DNA from: an uncultured Candidatus Saccharibacteria bacterium
GTDB taxonomy: Bacteria > Patescibacteriota > Minisyncoccia > Phycocordibacterales > Zambryskibacteraceae
Assembly: GCA_964582295.1 (NCBI GenBank)
Contig: CAZOQP010000001.1
Span: 148,754 to 212,753, forward strand
Direction: 5' to 3'
DNA length: 64,000 nucleotides
In this document: one piece after another, positions 45,446 through 55,348 of the stretch
Layout: the number at the start of each line of letters is the position of its first letter
Numbering within the stretch: the first letter of the stretch is position 1
Program-made: the position numbers and the translations under genes
The notes under the pieces: model-generated
Told to the model about the DNA's origin: nothing
What the model saw: only the letters and a program-made list of their open reading frames with translations
The model's database searches: none

Positions 45446-46891
45446 ATGGCGAAAAAACCTGTTTACATCACCACCACTCTGCCCTATGTGAATGCGGAGC
45501 CCCATGTGGGGCACGCCATGGAATTCGTGCGGGCGGATGTTATTGCCCGCTTCAGGAAAATGGAGGGAGATGAAGTTTTTTTCAACACCGGCACAGATGA
45601 GCACGGCATAAAAATATATAAAGCTGCCCAGGATGCCGGGCGCGACGTGAAGGATTTTGTAGATGAATATGCGGCGCGCTTTCGCGAGATATTGAAACTT
45701 TTGAACGTGAGCGAGGACATTCATTTTGTGCGTACAACGGATGAAAAGCATGTGCGCGCGGCAGAAAGCTTTTGGAAAAAGTGCGAAGAAAACGGGTTTA
45801 TATACAAAGGCCAGTACACCGTGAAATATTGCACCGGCTGTGAACTGGAAAAAACAGATTCGGAACTTGAAGACGGCCGCTGCCCGCTTCACTCCACACT
45901 TGAGATAGAGCTCATAGACGAAGAAAATTATTTTTTCAAATTCTCGGCTTTTGCAGAAAAATTATCTAATCTTTATGAAACCGAGGAAAATTTTGTGGTG
46001 CCAGAAGTACGATTGAATGAGATACGCTCTTTCGTAAAGCAGGGGCTTCAGGATTTCAGCATCTCGCGCTTGGCTTCAAAAATGCCGTGGGGTGTGCCAG
46101 TTCCTGGTGCGCCGGAGCACGTGATGTATGTGTGGTTTGACGCCTTAGTTTCATACATTTCCACTTTGGGTTGGCCCGACTCGGCCGAAACAGGAGATTT
46201 TAATAAGTTCTGGGCGGAGGGGGAAACCATTCAATATGCAGGGAAAGACAATCTGCGTCAGCAGTCGGCAATGTGGCAGGCCATGCTTATGGCGGCGGGC
46301 CTTCCTAATACGAATCATGTAGTGATAAACGGATTCATCACAGGGGAGGGAGGAGTGAAAATGTCTAAAACTTTGGGCAATACTATTGACCCGAAGGAAA
46401 TCGTGGAAACATTCGGCGCGGATGCTTTCAGATATTTCGTGTGCCGCGAACTCTCAACATTTGAAGATTCTCCCTTCACAACGGATGCTTTCAAAAATGC
46501 TTACAATGCCAACCTCGCGAATGGCCTCGGCAATTTAGTGTCGCGGGTGATGGCTTTAGCTTCCAAATACTGCAATCCGATTTCTGAGACTCCGGAATTG
46601 CCGGGAGAATTCGTATCATTTTTAAATGAATTCAAAATACATGCAGCGGCTAATATGGTGTGGAGGCACATAGGGGAGGCAGATAAAATGATGCAGGAAA
46701 AGGAGCCGTTCAAGGTGGTGAAGACCGATCCTGAAGCTGGAAAAATGGTCCTTATGGAGCTTGTGAAGCGACTCTCTGTTATAGCCGAAATGCTTGTGCC
46801 GCTTATGCCTGAAACGGCGGAAAAAATAAAACTTCTCATAAAAGAGAATACCTCGCCCGTCTCGCCTCTTTTCCCGCGCTTTGAAAGCTAG
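45446..46891 (+). CDS. metG: methionine--tRNA ligase
   Basis: LPYVNAEPHVGHA (HIGH), zinc knuckle CTGCELE...CPLH, KMSKTLGN. Confidence 0.85.
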   Translation: MAKKPVYITTTLPYVNAEPHVGHAMEFVRADVIARFRKMEGDEVFFNTGTDEHGIKIYKAAQDAGRDVKDFVDEYAARFREILKLLNVSEDIHFVRTTDEKHVRAAESFWKKCEENGFIYKGQYTVKYCTGCELEKTDSELEDGRCPLHSTLEIELIDEENYFFKFSAFAEKLSNLYETEENFVVPEVRLNEIRSFVKQGLQDFSISRLASKMPWGVPVPGAPEHVMYVWFDALVSYISTLGWPDSAETGDFNKFWAEGETIQYAGKDNLRQQSAMWQAMLMAAGLPNTNHVVINGFITGEGGVKMSKTLGNTIDPKEIVETFGADAFRYFVCRELSTFEDSPFTTDAFKNAYNANLANGLGNLVSRVMALASKYCNPISETPELPGEFVSFLNEFKIHAAANMVWRHIGEADKMMQEKEPFKVVKTDPEAGKMVLMELVKRLSVIAEMLVPLMPETAEKIKLLIKENTSPVSPLFPRFES

Positions 46892-46918
46892 AATGAGAAA
46901 ATTGGGAAGAAATCATTT

Positions 46919-47707
46919 ATGGAAAATAAGGAATATAAATACATAGATGCACACTGCCATCTGCAGTTTGAGGATTACGATCGAGATAGGGAAGAGGAAA
47001 TAAGAAAAACGGCGGCGGAAGAAACGGCAGCCATTGTGGTGGGGGTTGATAGTGCAAGTTCTGCTGAAGCGGTGGCTCTTGCGAAAAACCACGAGCATAT
47101 TTTCGCCTGTGTCGGCATTCACCCCACATACGACGACCCTCATGCAAAAGAAATAGAGAAATTAGTATCTAGTCCGAAAGTGGTGGGAGTGGGTGAATGT
47201 GGCCTGGATTTTTTTAGGAATTCGCGTGATGAAAATGAGAAGCGCCAAAGAGATATTTTTGAATGGCAGATAGAGATTGCTTTGAAAAATAATAAGCCGC
47301 TCATGATACATGCACGAGATTCATACAAAGAGGTGGCGGATATTTTGACATCTAAAAAGAAGGAAGCGGGGGAGAAGCTTCGCGGCAATATGCATTTTTT
47401 CGCAGGAGATATGGATGACGCGAAAGTTTTTATTGATCTCGGCTTCACACTTTCTTTCACTGGCGTTATAACTTTTGCGAGAGATTATGACGATGTCATA
47501 CGCTTTGCGCCCATATCAAATCTTCTTTCGGAAACCGATGCACCTTACGTAACACCTGTTCCTTTCAGAGGCAAAAGAAATAATCCGCGTTTCGTGAGTG
47601 AAGTGATAAGGGCTTTGGCCAAGATCCGCGAGGAAAATGAAGAAGAAGTGAGAGCTGCCGTTTTTGAGAATGCCTGTAGGGTTTTTGGGTTGCCGTTGCA
47701 GAGCTAA
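46919..47707 (+). CDS. tatD: TatD-family metal-dependent hydrolase
   Basis: IDAHCHL, GECGLD, MIHARD, TDAPY motifs. Confidence 0.8.
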   Translation: MENKEYKYIDAHCHLQFEDYDRDREEEIRKTAAEETAAIVVGVDSASSAEAVALAKNHEHIFACVGIHPTYDDPHAKEIEKLVSSPKVVGVGECGLDFFRNSRDENEKRQRDIFEWQIEIALKNNKPLMIHARDSYKEVADILTSKKKEAGEKLRGNMHFFAGDMDDAKVFIDLGFTLSFTGVITFARDYDDVIRFAPISNLLSETDAPYVTPVPFRGKRNNPRFVSEVIRALAKIREENEEEVRAAVFENACRVFGLPLQS

Positions 47708-47799
47708 AAACTTCATGATAAAGTGCTCGGGTTCTTACAAATTATCGGAGTGTTAAGCCCCTCGCCTTTGGCTTCGGGGCGCAATGTGCCACACCACAT

Positions 47800-48261
47800 A
47801 TGAAAGAAGAAAATAAAGAGGGAAGCCGCATCTATGAAGCGAGCTTCCTCATCTCCCCAACCTTATCTCTCGGAGATGCCGCCTCAAAAGCGGAAGCTAT
47901 CCGTGCATCAATAGAGAAATCGGGGGGTTCTATCCTTGAAGGAGAAGAGCCCCGCCTTAGGAAAATTGCCTATCCTATATATAAAGTTATAGGAGGAAAC
48001 AAGATTGCGGCTACCACCGCTTATTTCGGCTGGAGCAAGTTTGAAGGAATTGCAGACCCTGCGCCCATCGCGGCAGAACTTCAGTCAATGGAGGAGGTTT
48101 TGAGGCACCTTATAATTGAAACGGTAAGAGAAAGGACATATATTCCCCGGGAACCAGAGCCCGTAGAAGAGGATGTTGTGGGGGGCGAGGATACAGCTAC
48201 CCTAGAAGAAGTGGTAGTACCGGCTGAAGGAGAGGTTGAAGCCGAGAAACCGAAGGAATAG
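47800..48261 (+). CDS. rpsF: 30S ribosomal protein S6
   Basis: RIYEASFLISPTLS...LRKIAYPIYK S6 pattern with acidic C-terminal tail. Confidence 0.75.
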   Translation: MKEENKEGSRIYEASFLISPTLSLGDAASKAEAIRASIEKSGGSILEGEEPRLRKIAYPIYKVIGGNKIAATTAYFGWSKFEGIADPAPIAAELQSMEEVLRHLIIETVRERTYIPREPEPVEEDVVGGEDTATLEEVVVPAEGEVEAEKPKE

Positions 48262-48308
48262 AATAAGGGGTGTTAAGAATAGTAGGTAACAGACGATAAT
48301 AAAACACG

Positions 48309-48767
48309 ATGTACATAAACAAAGCATTTCTCTTCGGAAACCTTACTCGCGATCCTGAAGTGCGTTCTCTGCCATCAGGTATTGCCGTAACTTCCTTCTC
48401 CATTGCCACTAATCGCACCTGGAAAGATAAAGAAGGTCGCAAGCAGGAATCCACGGATTACCACAACATAGTGGCTTTCGGAAAGCCGGGAGAGGTAGTG
48501 GCGCAGTATGCGCGCAAGGGCTCTTCGCTTTTCGTGGAAGGCAGGATACAGACGCGAAGCTGGGAAGCTGCGGATGGACAGAAAAAATATCGCACGGAAA
48601 TAGTGCTAGATAACTTCCAGTTCGGCCCCAGAAAAGAGGGGCAGGGCGGGGGCTCTTATGAAAAAGCCGCTGCATCTGCATCGGCACCAGCTGCAGCAGC
48701 GGCAGCGCAGGAAGAGGCGATAGAATACCCGACCGAAGAAACCTCTACTGAAGATATTCCGTTCTAA
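48309..48767 (+). CDS. ssb: single-stranded DNA-binding protein
   Basis: OB-fold [13 protein letters not shown]..., Gly-rich linker, C-terminal acidic tip EDIPF. Confidence 0.85.
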   Translation: MYINKAFLFGNLTRDPEVRSLPSGIAVTSFSIATNRTWKDKEGRKQESTDYHNIVAFGKPGEVVAQYARKGSSLFVEGRIQTRSWEAADGQKKYRTEIVLDNFQFGPRKEGQGGGSYEKAAASASAPAAAAAAQEEAIEYPTEETSTEDIPF

Positions 48768-48789
48768 AAATTTAAGTTTTGCTAAAAAT

Positions 48790-48999
48790 ATGAAACCCAA
48801 CCAACAGGAAAACGAGAGGCAGGACATGCCCAAACACATTGATTACAAAGATACGGAGCTTTTGAAAAAGTTCCTGAATCCTCATGCGCGAATAATGTCG
48901 CGCCGCCGCACAGGGCTTGCTGCCGGTGAGCAGAGGAATTTGGCTATGGCAATAAAGCGCGCGCGCTTTATGGCGTTATTGCCGTTTGTTTCTAGGTAA
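48790..48999 (+). CDS. rpsR: 30S ribosomal protein S18
   Basis: [50 protein letters not shown]. Confidence 0.85.
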   Translation: MKPNQQENERQDMPKHIDYKDTELLKKFLNPHARIMSRRRTGLAAGEQRNLAMAIKRARFMALLPFVSR

Positions 49000-49002
49000 A
49001 AC

Positions 49003-49082
49003 GTCGCTCGGGAATTCTGTAAAAAGAGATCACTCCGGGGCGTTTGCCCAAGTCTTAGTCTCTTTTTACAGAATTCCCTCGC
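49003..49082. repeat. nested palindromic repeat, copy 3 (TIR-A variant plus core B)
   Basis: gtcgctcgggaattctgtaaaaagagatcactccggggcgtttgcccaagtcttagtctctttttacagaattccctcgc. Confidence 0.8.
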
Positions 49083-49113
49083 TTGTAAATAGGAATAAGA
49101 AAGTGCGCAAAAA

Positions 49114-49425
49114 ATGCCTCGGGTGAGTCATTTTTTGCGCTATACTTTTGCAATGTCCGTTCCTTTCTCCATAAGACTGGCTTTTTTTACTGTTGCTTTG
49201 CTTGTGCTCTCTTTTATTTTGAAAGCATTCTGCCCTATTGAAGAGGGATGCCTTACCGATCCCTTTGTGTCATTCTTTTTAGAGCCACTCTTTTTTCTGG
49301 AGAACAGCGGCCGGGCTTTTTTGGATGTTCAATATGAAGTTCTCTTCCTTCTCTGCTTCTGGTTTTTGGTCGGGGCTTTGCTCGGGTCAATCCTTGATCT
49401 CGCTCAACCCAAAAAAGTTTCTTAA
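49114..49425 (+). CDS. small hydrophobic hypothetical protein
   Basis: 103-aa ORF, three predicted TM helices; occupies position where rplI would be expected. Confidence 0.4.
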   Translation: MPRVSHFLRYTFAMSVPFSIRLAFFTVALLVLSFILKAFCPIEEGCLTDPFVSFFLEPLFFLENSGRAFLDVQYEVLFLLCFWFLVGALLGSILDLAQPKKVS

Positions 49426-49426
49426 C

Positions 49427-49996
49427 TTACGATACTCGGTCTGTATATTGGCCGGTTTCAGTATTGACACGCACGATGTCACCTTCGTTCACAAAAAGAG
49501 GAGCGTTTATGGTGGCGCCGGTTTCAAGAGTAATGACTTTGTTGCCGCCCTTAGCGGTGTCGCCCCTTACAGCAGGCGGCGCTTCCGTGACTTTGAGATC
49601 AACTTTGATAGGCAATTTCACGCCGATTATTTTTTCGTCAAAAAGAACGGCCCCCACTGTCGTATTATCCTTCAGGAAGCGCCCCGCTTCGCCTATTATG
49701 TCTTCCTCTATTTTGAAGCGTTTTGAAGGGTCTTTAGGATCTGCAAACCACCACTCGCCGCGGTTGTTATAAAGATACTTTACGTCTTTGCTCTCTATTT
49801 CCGCTTCTTCCACTTTGTCTGATACATGAAAAGAATGCTCCGTTACCTTTCCGGTGAGAAAATTCTTAAGTTTGGTGGCGTTCACCGGCTTCCTCTGTTG
49901 CTTGCGAAAGACATGGCTTGTTAGCACCTCGTAGGGAGTTCCATCAAGGATTATCACCTTGTGTTCCGTTATTTCGCTATATGAAAGTATGGCCAT
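49427..49996 (-). CDS. efp: elongation factor P
   Basis: Three-domain EF-P pattern incl. KPGKGxA-like loop region and C-terminal OB domains. Confidence 0.8.
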   Translation of the reverse strand: MAILSYSEITEHKVIILDGTPYEVLTSHVFRKQQRKPVNATKLKNFLTGKVTEHSFHVSDKVEEAEIESKDVKYLYNNRGEWWFADPKDPSKRFKIEEDIIGEAGRFLKDNTTVGAVLFDEKIIGVKLPIKVDLKVTEAPPAVRGDTAKGGNKVITLETGATINAPLFVNEGDIVRVNTETGQYTDRVS

Positions 49997-50035
49997 AAGA
50001 GGCCAGCCTATCAGAAAAACCCTCTTTAGCCAATC

Positions 50036-51085
50036 TTATAATTCTTTGAGACGTGAGCGGATCTCTTTAAGTAAAGTTTTTGAAATTTGGGGATTATCAC
50101 GGAGGAATTGGCGAGTAGCATCGTAGCCGCGGCCGAGTTTTGTTTCCGCATATTCATACACGGAGCCACTACTCTTCTTTACCAGGCCCAGTTTTTCTCC
50201 GAGCGCTATCAATTCTCCCTCTCTGGAAATTCCTTCGTTGTACATAAGGTCAAATTCTGTTTGTTTGAATGGCGCAGCCACTTTGTTTTTCACCACTTTC
50301 ACGCGCACGCGCCCGCCCATGACCTCTTCTCCTTTTTTAATTTGTGCGATACGGCGAATATCCAGGCGTACTGATGTATAAAATTTGAGTGCCTTGCCGC
50401 CCGGAGTGGTTTCCGGATTTCCGAACATCACTCCTATCTGCATGCGGATCTGATTGATAAAGATAACGATGGTTTTTGATTTTGCGACGATAGCCGTCAG
50501 TTTGCGAAGGGCTTGGGACATAAGGCGCGCCTGCTTGCCCACGTGATGTGCTCCCATGTCTCCCTCTATTTCGTCTCTTGGGGTGAGGGCGGCCACGGAG
50601 TCAATAACGATAACGTCCATTTTTCCGGAGCGCACCAGCGATTCCACTATTTCAAGCGCCTGTTCGCCGGTGTCCGGCTGAGAAATTAAAAGTTCGTCCA
50701 GTTTCACTCCCAAACGCTTTGTGTATTCTGGGTCAAGCGCATGCTCTGCATCTATGAATGCACACACTCCGCCAAGTTTTTGAGCTTCGGCGATGACATG
50801 CAAAGTGAGTGTGGTTTTTCCGGATGATTCCGGCCCGAATATTTCCACTATTCTTCCTCGCGGAAGCCCCCCTACACCTAGCGCTGCATCAAGACCGATA
50901 GAACCGGTAGGGACGGCGTTCACATCCACGCGTGGAGCGTCCCCGAGCATCATTATGGAATCGTCCCCGAATTTTGTTTTGATAGCTTGTATGGCTTCCT
51001 CAATATTCCTGTGTGAAGAAGCTTTCTCTGCGGGAGCTTCTTTAGCTGCCGGTTTGGCGGATTTCTTTTTTGATATCGGGCTCAT
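50036..51085 (-). CDS. recA: recombinase RecA
   Basis: Walker [20 protein letters not shown]2 loop, RecA-specific C-terminal region. Confidence 0.9.
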   Translation of the reverse strand: MSPISKKKSAKPAAKEAPAEKASSHRNIEEAIQAIKTKFGDDSIMMLGDAPRVDVNAVPTGSIGLDAALGVGGLPRGRIVEIFGPESSGKTTLTLHVIAEAQKLGGVCAFIDAEHALDPEYTKRLGVKLDELLISQPDTGEQALEIVESLVRSGKMDVIVIDSVAALTPRDEIEGDMGAHHVGKQARLMSQALRKLTAIVAKSKTIVIFINQIRMQIGVMFGNPETTPGGKALKFYTSVRLDIRRIAQIKKGEEVMGGRVRVKVVKNKVAAPFKQTEFDLMYNEGISREGELIALGEKLGLVKKSSGSVYEYAETKLGRGYDATRQFLRDNPQISKTLLKEIRSRLKEL

Positions 51086-51489
51086 ATTTGTGTAGTGGTG
51101 GCCGTTGATGTGGCGGATGTGTTTTTTATAATATCGCTTTTTTCGGGCAAAGAAAAGAATTGTCTTTCCACTTGGGATTCTCTCCCGAAACGGTCTTTGC
51201 CTTTAAGGGTCAGTATAGCGAGGCCGACGGGCGAGAGCAATGTTTCGCTGAAATTCCCCTCGTCGTTCACAAATATCTGGCGGTCGTTGAGAGTAATAAA
51301 GGAGACATTTCGTGCTGTCCCCGTGACTTTTATGGTGTTGCCGGTGAGGGATTCTCCATTTCCCGGGCTTTGGATGGTGAGACGGGGGCCCAGGATGAAG
51401 TTACGCGCCTGAAAGGGGATATATATCGCAAGGATGATGAGAAAGGCGGAAAGAAAAACTTTTTTGGGGGTCCAGAAGCGTATGGTCAT
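51082..51489 (-). CDS. membrane-anchored hypothetical protein
   Basis: N-terminal TM; overlaps recA start and ftsK stop by 4 nt each (operon-like). Confidence 0.45.
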   Translation of the reverse strand: MTIRFWTPKKVFLSAFLIILAIYIPFQARNFILGPRLTIQSPGNGESLTGNTIKVTGTARNVSFITLNDRQIFVNDEGNFSETLLSPVGLAILTLKGKDRFGRESQVERQFFSLPEKSDIIKNTSATSTATTTQI

Positions 51490-53741
51490 GAAGGGTAATT
51501 TTCTTTTGGCTCTTCTTCAGGAATTTCCTCTGCGATATCTGTATCGGTTTCTTCGGTCGGAAAATCTGCCACATCGCCGCCCGCCGGAATGAGAACTTCT
51601 CGGGGTTTAGCACCTGACCCTGCTCCAACCACCCCTCTTTCCTCAAGCATGTCCATGAGGCGGGCGGCACGTGCATAGCCCACTCCAAGTTTTCTTTGGA
51701 GGAACGACGTGGATGCTTTACCGGCCTGAATAACAGTCTCGCGAGCTTCTTCATACATATCATCCTCGTCCCCATCTGCCGTGAGATCAGTTGAGAAAAT
51801 ATTTCCTTCATTTTTCACTTCAGTGAAATTGATATCGGAAAGAGTGGGCTCGTAATTATCTGCCAGATATTTAGTAACCTTTTTCACTTCGTCTTCCGTA
51901 ATGTATGCAGACTGGATGCGTACGGGTTTCCCCATATCGCCAGACATATAAAGCATGTCGCCCGCACCCAAAAGCTTTTCCGCGCCTGCGGCATCCAAAA
52001 TCGTGCGTGAGTCTATTTGCGACGCCACCTGAAGGGCCACTCGCGCCGGAACATTTGCTTTGATGAGGCCGGTTATCACATTTACGGACGGTCTTTGGGT
52101 GGAAAGCATCAGGTGAATGCCCACCGCGCGGCTCATTTGTGCCAGGCGCACAATAGCCGATTCAAGTTCCCGAGGGTAGCTAGACATGATGTCTGCAAGC
52201 TCGTCTATGATAATGACGATGTAAGGCATTGGGTCGGGGCCCACAGCATCTTCGTCACTCTTTCCTTTGCGAGCTTTTTCTATGGCAGGTTCCAGAACAT
52301 TTTTATGATAGGAAGTGATGTCGCGAACCTGATGCTTTTGCAGAACGTCGTAGCGCCTTTCCATTTCTTTGGCTGCCCACTTAAGAGCAAGTATGGCTTT
52401 CTTGGCTTCAGTTATTACGGGGGTCAGAAGGTGGGGGATGGAATTGTATAAGGTAAGCTCCACCCGTTTCGGGTCTATCATTATGAATTTGAGGTTCTCC
52501 GGAGGGTTTCTGTAAAGAAGGGAAGTGATGAGTGCATGGATGGTCACAGATTTTCCAGAGCCGGTGGCGCCTGCAATAAGAAGGTGGGGCATTTTTGAGA
52601 CGTTCGCAAAGTGCGACGAGCCGGAAATATCCCGACCGAGGGATACCAGAAGGGGAGCAGATGATGCCCCATAAGCACTTTCTGAAAGAAGGGAGCCGAG
52701 GCCGATGGTCGTCTTCGCAGTGTTAGGCACCTCAATTCCAACCAGGGATTTTCCGGGGATAGGAGCTTCTATGCGCACCGGGTGGGCGGCGAGGGCAAGC
52801 TCCAGATTATTCTGAAGGCCCAGGATGCGGGAGAGCTTCACACCTTCCGCCGGTTTTAATGCGTAGCGCGTAACAGAAGGCCCTATAGAAACTTCATCCA
52901 TTTCAACAGCGATGCCGAAATTTTCAAGCGTCCTCTTTATAATATTTGCATTAGCTTTCACGTCTCCCACTCCCGGCTTTCCGCGGTCTCTTTCAAGAAG
53001 AGAGAGTGGCGGAGGCACGAATTCCTTTGCAGAAAGGAGCCGAGGCATAGAAGTAATGAATTCGGCTGGAGTGCCCCCCGCAGTTCTCTTTTTTTCTTTA
53101 GGAGCTTCTTCTTGCTCGCCATCCTCTTCATCTCCGTCAGCGGGCAGTTCTTCTTCCGTATCACCTGATCTTATTTTCACAATGACGTCCGCTTCGTCCT
53201 CGCTCTTTTTATTGCGATTGAATAAAGAAAACAGAAAACCCATGCGAAGGGTGGTGTCAAAAACAATTGAAAATGAGATAGCGGCAAGCGCCACCAGAAT
53301 GATAACTGTTACGTAAGTATCAAAGATGCGAAGCAGGGGATTTGCTATGAAGCCGCCCACAAGGCCAGCTTCGTTCAATGCCCCGATGTGTATGAGACCA
53401 AGCGCTGAAAAAAAGAAAACAAAAGCCCCTGCTGTTTGGGGTAGTGCAATGCGTTTTGATTCGCCGCGGAAAGCGCTCACTCCGAACGCGATAAGGAGAG
53501 CCGGGATTATGAAATAGCCGATGCCGAAGAGGTATGAAAAAAGCTTATAAAGATATTCACCAGCAACACCCCCTTTGTGAAGGGCTGCCATAATGAGTAT
53601 TAAGGTGAAAAGAAAATAAATAGTGCCCTTCACGGAGTGGCGTGTTTCATCCTTGAGATCTCCCCAGAAGCTTATCTTTTCAAAAATACCTTCCTCATCT
53701 GCATCATCTTTCCGCGGTCTTCCTCTTTTACGGCTTGCCAT
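51486..53741 (-). CDS. ftsK: DNA translocase FtsK/SpoIIIE
   Basis: N-terminal 4 TM helices, acidic linker, motor domain HLLIAGATGSGKS, C-terminal gamma (winged helix) domain. Confidence 0.85.
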   Translation of the reverse strand: MASRKRGRPRKDDADEEGIFEKISFWGDLKDETRHSVKGTIYFLFTLILIMAALHKGGVAGEYLYKLFSYLFGIGYFIIPALLIAFGVSAFRGESKRIALPQTAGAFVFFFSALGLIHIGALNEAGLVGGFIANPLLRIFDTYVTVIILVALAAISFSIVFDTTLRMGFLFSLFNRNKKSEDEADVIVKIRSGDTEEELPADGDEEDGEQEEAPKEKKRTAGGTPAEFITSMPRLLSAKEFVPPPLSLLERDRGKPGVGDVKANANIIKRTLENFGIAVEMDEVSIGPSVTRYALKPAEGVKLSRILGLQNNLELALAAHPVRIEAPIPGKSLVGIEVPNTAKTTIGLGSLLSESAYGASSAPLLVSLGRDISGSSHFANVSKMPHLLIAGATGSGKSVTIHALITSLLYRNPPENLKFIMIDPKRVELTLYNSIPHLLTPVITEAKKAILALKWAAKEMERRYDVLQKHQVRDITSYHKNVLEPAIEKARKGKSDEDAVGPDPMPYIVIIIDELADIMSSYPRELESAIVRLAQMSRAVGIHLMLSTQRPSVNVITGLIKANVPARVALQVASQIDSRTILDAAGAEKLLGAGDMLYMSGDMGKPVRIQSAYITEDEVKKVTKYLADNYEPTLSDINFTEVKNEGNIFSTDLTADGDEDDMYEEARETVIQAGKASTSFLQRKLGVGYARAARLMDMLEERGVVGAGSGAKPREVLIPAGGDVADFPTEETDTDIAEEIPEEEPKENYPS

Positions 53742-53787
53742 ACGGAGATTTTATCACGACGAAGCATGACTATATAGCTTGAATAGT

Positions 53788-53976
53788 AAACCCAGAAACC
53801 ACCTTTTTAAAGCGGGCTCAAAAGCCTCCGTCGGTCGAAAATAATAGTCACCTCGTTTAACGGAAAAGAGGCAACTCGTCCCGCCTTGGCGGGACTCAGA
53901 CACTCCTCTTTTCCTACTCGGCTCGTTATTTTCAGATCGACTTCGCTGATGCTTTAAAAAGGTGGTTTCTGGGTTT
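53788..53976. repeat. ~190-nt imperfect palindrome centred on gtcccgccttggcgggac, between divergent genes
   Basis: aaacccagaaaccacctttttaaagc ... gctttaaaaaggtggtttctgggttt outer arms; nested inner inverted repeats. Confidence 0.7.
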
Positions 53977-54053
53977 TGCAGGGCCGATAGGTAAATTAAA
54001 GGACAGGGCTTGCTTTTTATTTTTGTCCGTTATATAATATAAGACAAATTAAA

Positions 54054-54869
54054 ATGGACGATAGGAATATAAAGGACAATCCATCAAATAACGCCCAGAA
54101 ACAAGGGGATTTTGGGAATGGAGAAACATCGGTGCACCGCTCTGGCTATACCAAAAAGGCGGAAAAAATAGCGGCGGCTCTATTCTTGGTTTCAAATTTT
54201 CTATCGGATAACGAGCCCTTAAAATGGGATATCCGCCGTGCGGCATCTGGCATGGTAGGCCTCATATCTAGGGCTGATAAAGCCGATACTTCACGTAAAG
54301 ACGGTTTTACGGCAGACATCCGAGCTCTTCTGACCGAACTCTCGTCACTCATGGAAGTGGCGGCTCTTTCAGGCCTTATTTCAGGTATGAATAGCGAGAT
54401 ACTCATGAAGGAACTGGCTTCTCTTTTCTCGGCCCTGGAAAGAAGGGGAGAGAAGAACCATCGAATGGATTATGTGAAGATACCTAAGGACTTTTTCATT
54501 AAGGAAGAGCAAATACTTTTGAGCGAACCCAGTGTCCCGGCTAGGGAAAATTCCCATTCAAATATAAAGGACAAAAAAGGAATGTCTTATATAACTCAAT
54601 CCATTGAAGCAGATGAGCTTACTATACAAAAGGACAAAAAGAAGGAATATGGCTCTGTAGCTATGAAGAGAAATAGGCGCCAGACCTTCATAATCCAGAT
54701 CCTCAAGAAAAAGAAAGAGCTTACTATAAAAGACATATCCACTATTTTTCACGATTGCAGTGAAAAAACCATTCAGCGTGAGCTTATAGCCCTTATAAAG
54801 GAAGGAGTAGTGACACGCGACGGTGCCCGCAGGTGGACAAAGTACAGCTTGTCTCTTTTGGCTCAATAG
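54054..54869 (+). CDS. hypothetical protein with C-terminal winged-helix DNA-binding-like domain
   Basis: C-terminal TIKDISTIFHDCSEKTIQRELIALIKEGVV resembles wHTH; TATAAT-like box upstream. Confidence 0.45.
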   Translation: MDDRNIKDNPSNNAQKQGDFGNGETSVHRSGYTKKAEKIAAALFLVSNFLSDNEPLKWDIRRAASGMVGLISRADKADTSRKDGFTADIRALLTELSSLMEVAALSGLISGMNSEILMKELASLFSALERRGEKNHRMDYVKIPKDFFIKEEQILLSEPSVPARENSHSNIKDKKGMSYITQSIEADELTIQKDKKKEYGSVAMKRNRRQTFIIQILKKKKELTIKDISTIFHDCSEKTIQRELIALIKEGVVTRDGARRWTKYSLSLLAQ

Positions 54870-55348
54870 AGCCGTTATTTGTAGTATGTGTAACTTATTT
54901 CCCCCTATCTCATCCTTTACTTTTAACAACGGTTTTGCTATATTGATAGGGCTCACCAAAGGCGGTTGAGGGTGGTTTATCCACACAAAGCTGTCTTTTT
55001 GGGAATGAGCTTCAGATATAATTTGACTTAAGCAATTCATCTCTCCTTTAAGAGGGGAGATGAGAGCTTCAGTGAAGAAAGTTCTGAGGGATCATTGACA
55101 ACAAAATAGGCAATTACATTCAGAAACGGCTGCTTTGGCTATTCGTCTTTTATAGATGTGCTTTCGGGCACATATATAAGAGACATACCGGTTGCAAATG
55201 AAAGACATTCCATTCCCTTCTTGAAACTCTCCTCTTGTCCCTTAACGGGATAGGAGAGTTTAAAAATTATCAAGTTCGCTACTTAACCATCCCGTGCGCA
55301 CCATTAGTATCACAAGCCGCACGGGGTGCTACCAACAATTAATTACAA

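Noticed and set aside
54870-55348. Possible SRP RNA, RNase P RNA, tmRNA or 6S RNA in the long non-coding stretch
   Set aside because: None of the universally conserved motifs of those RNAs could be found by eye; reported only as a candidate structured leader.
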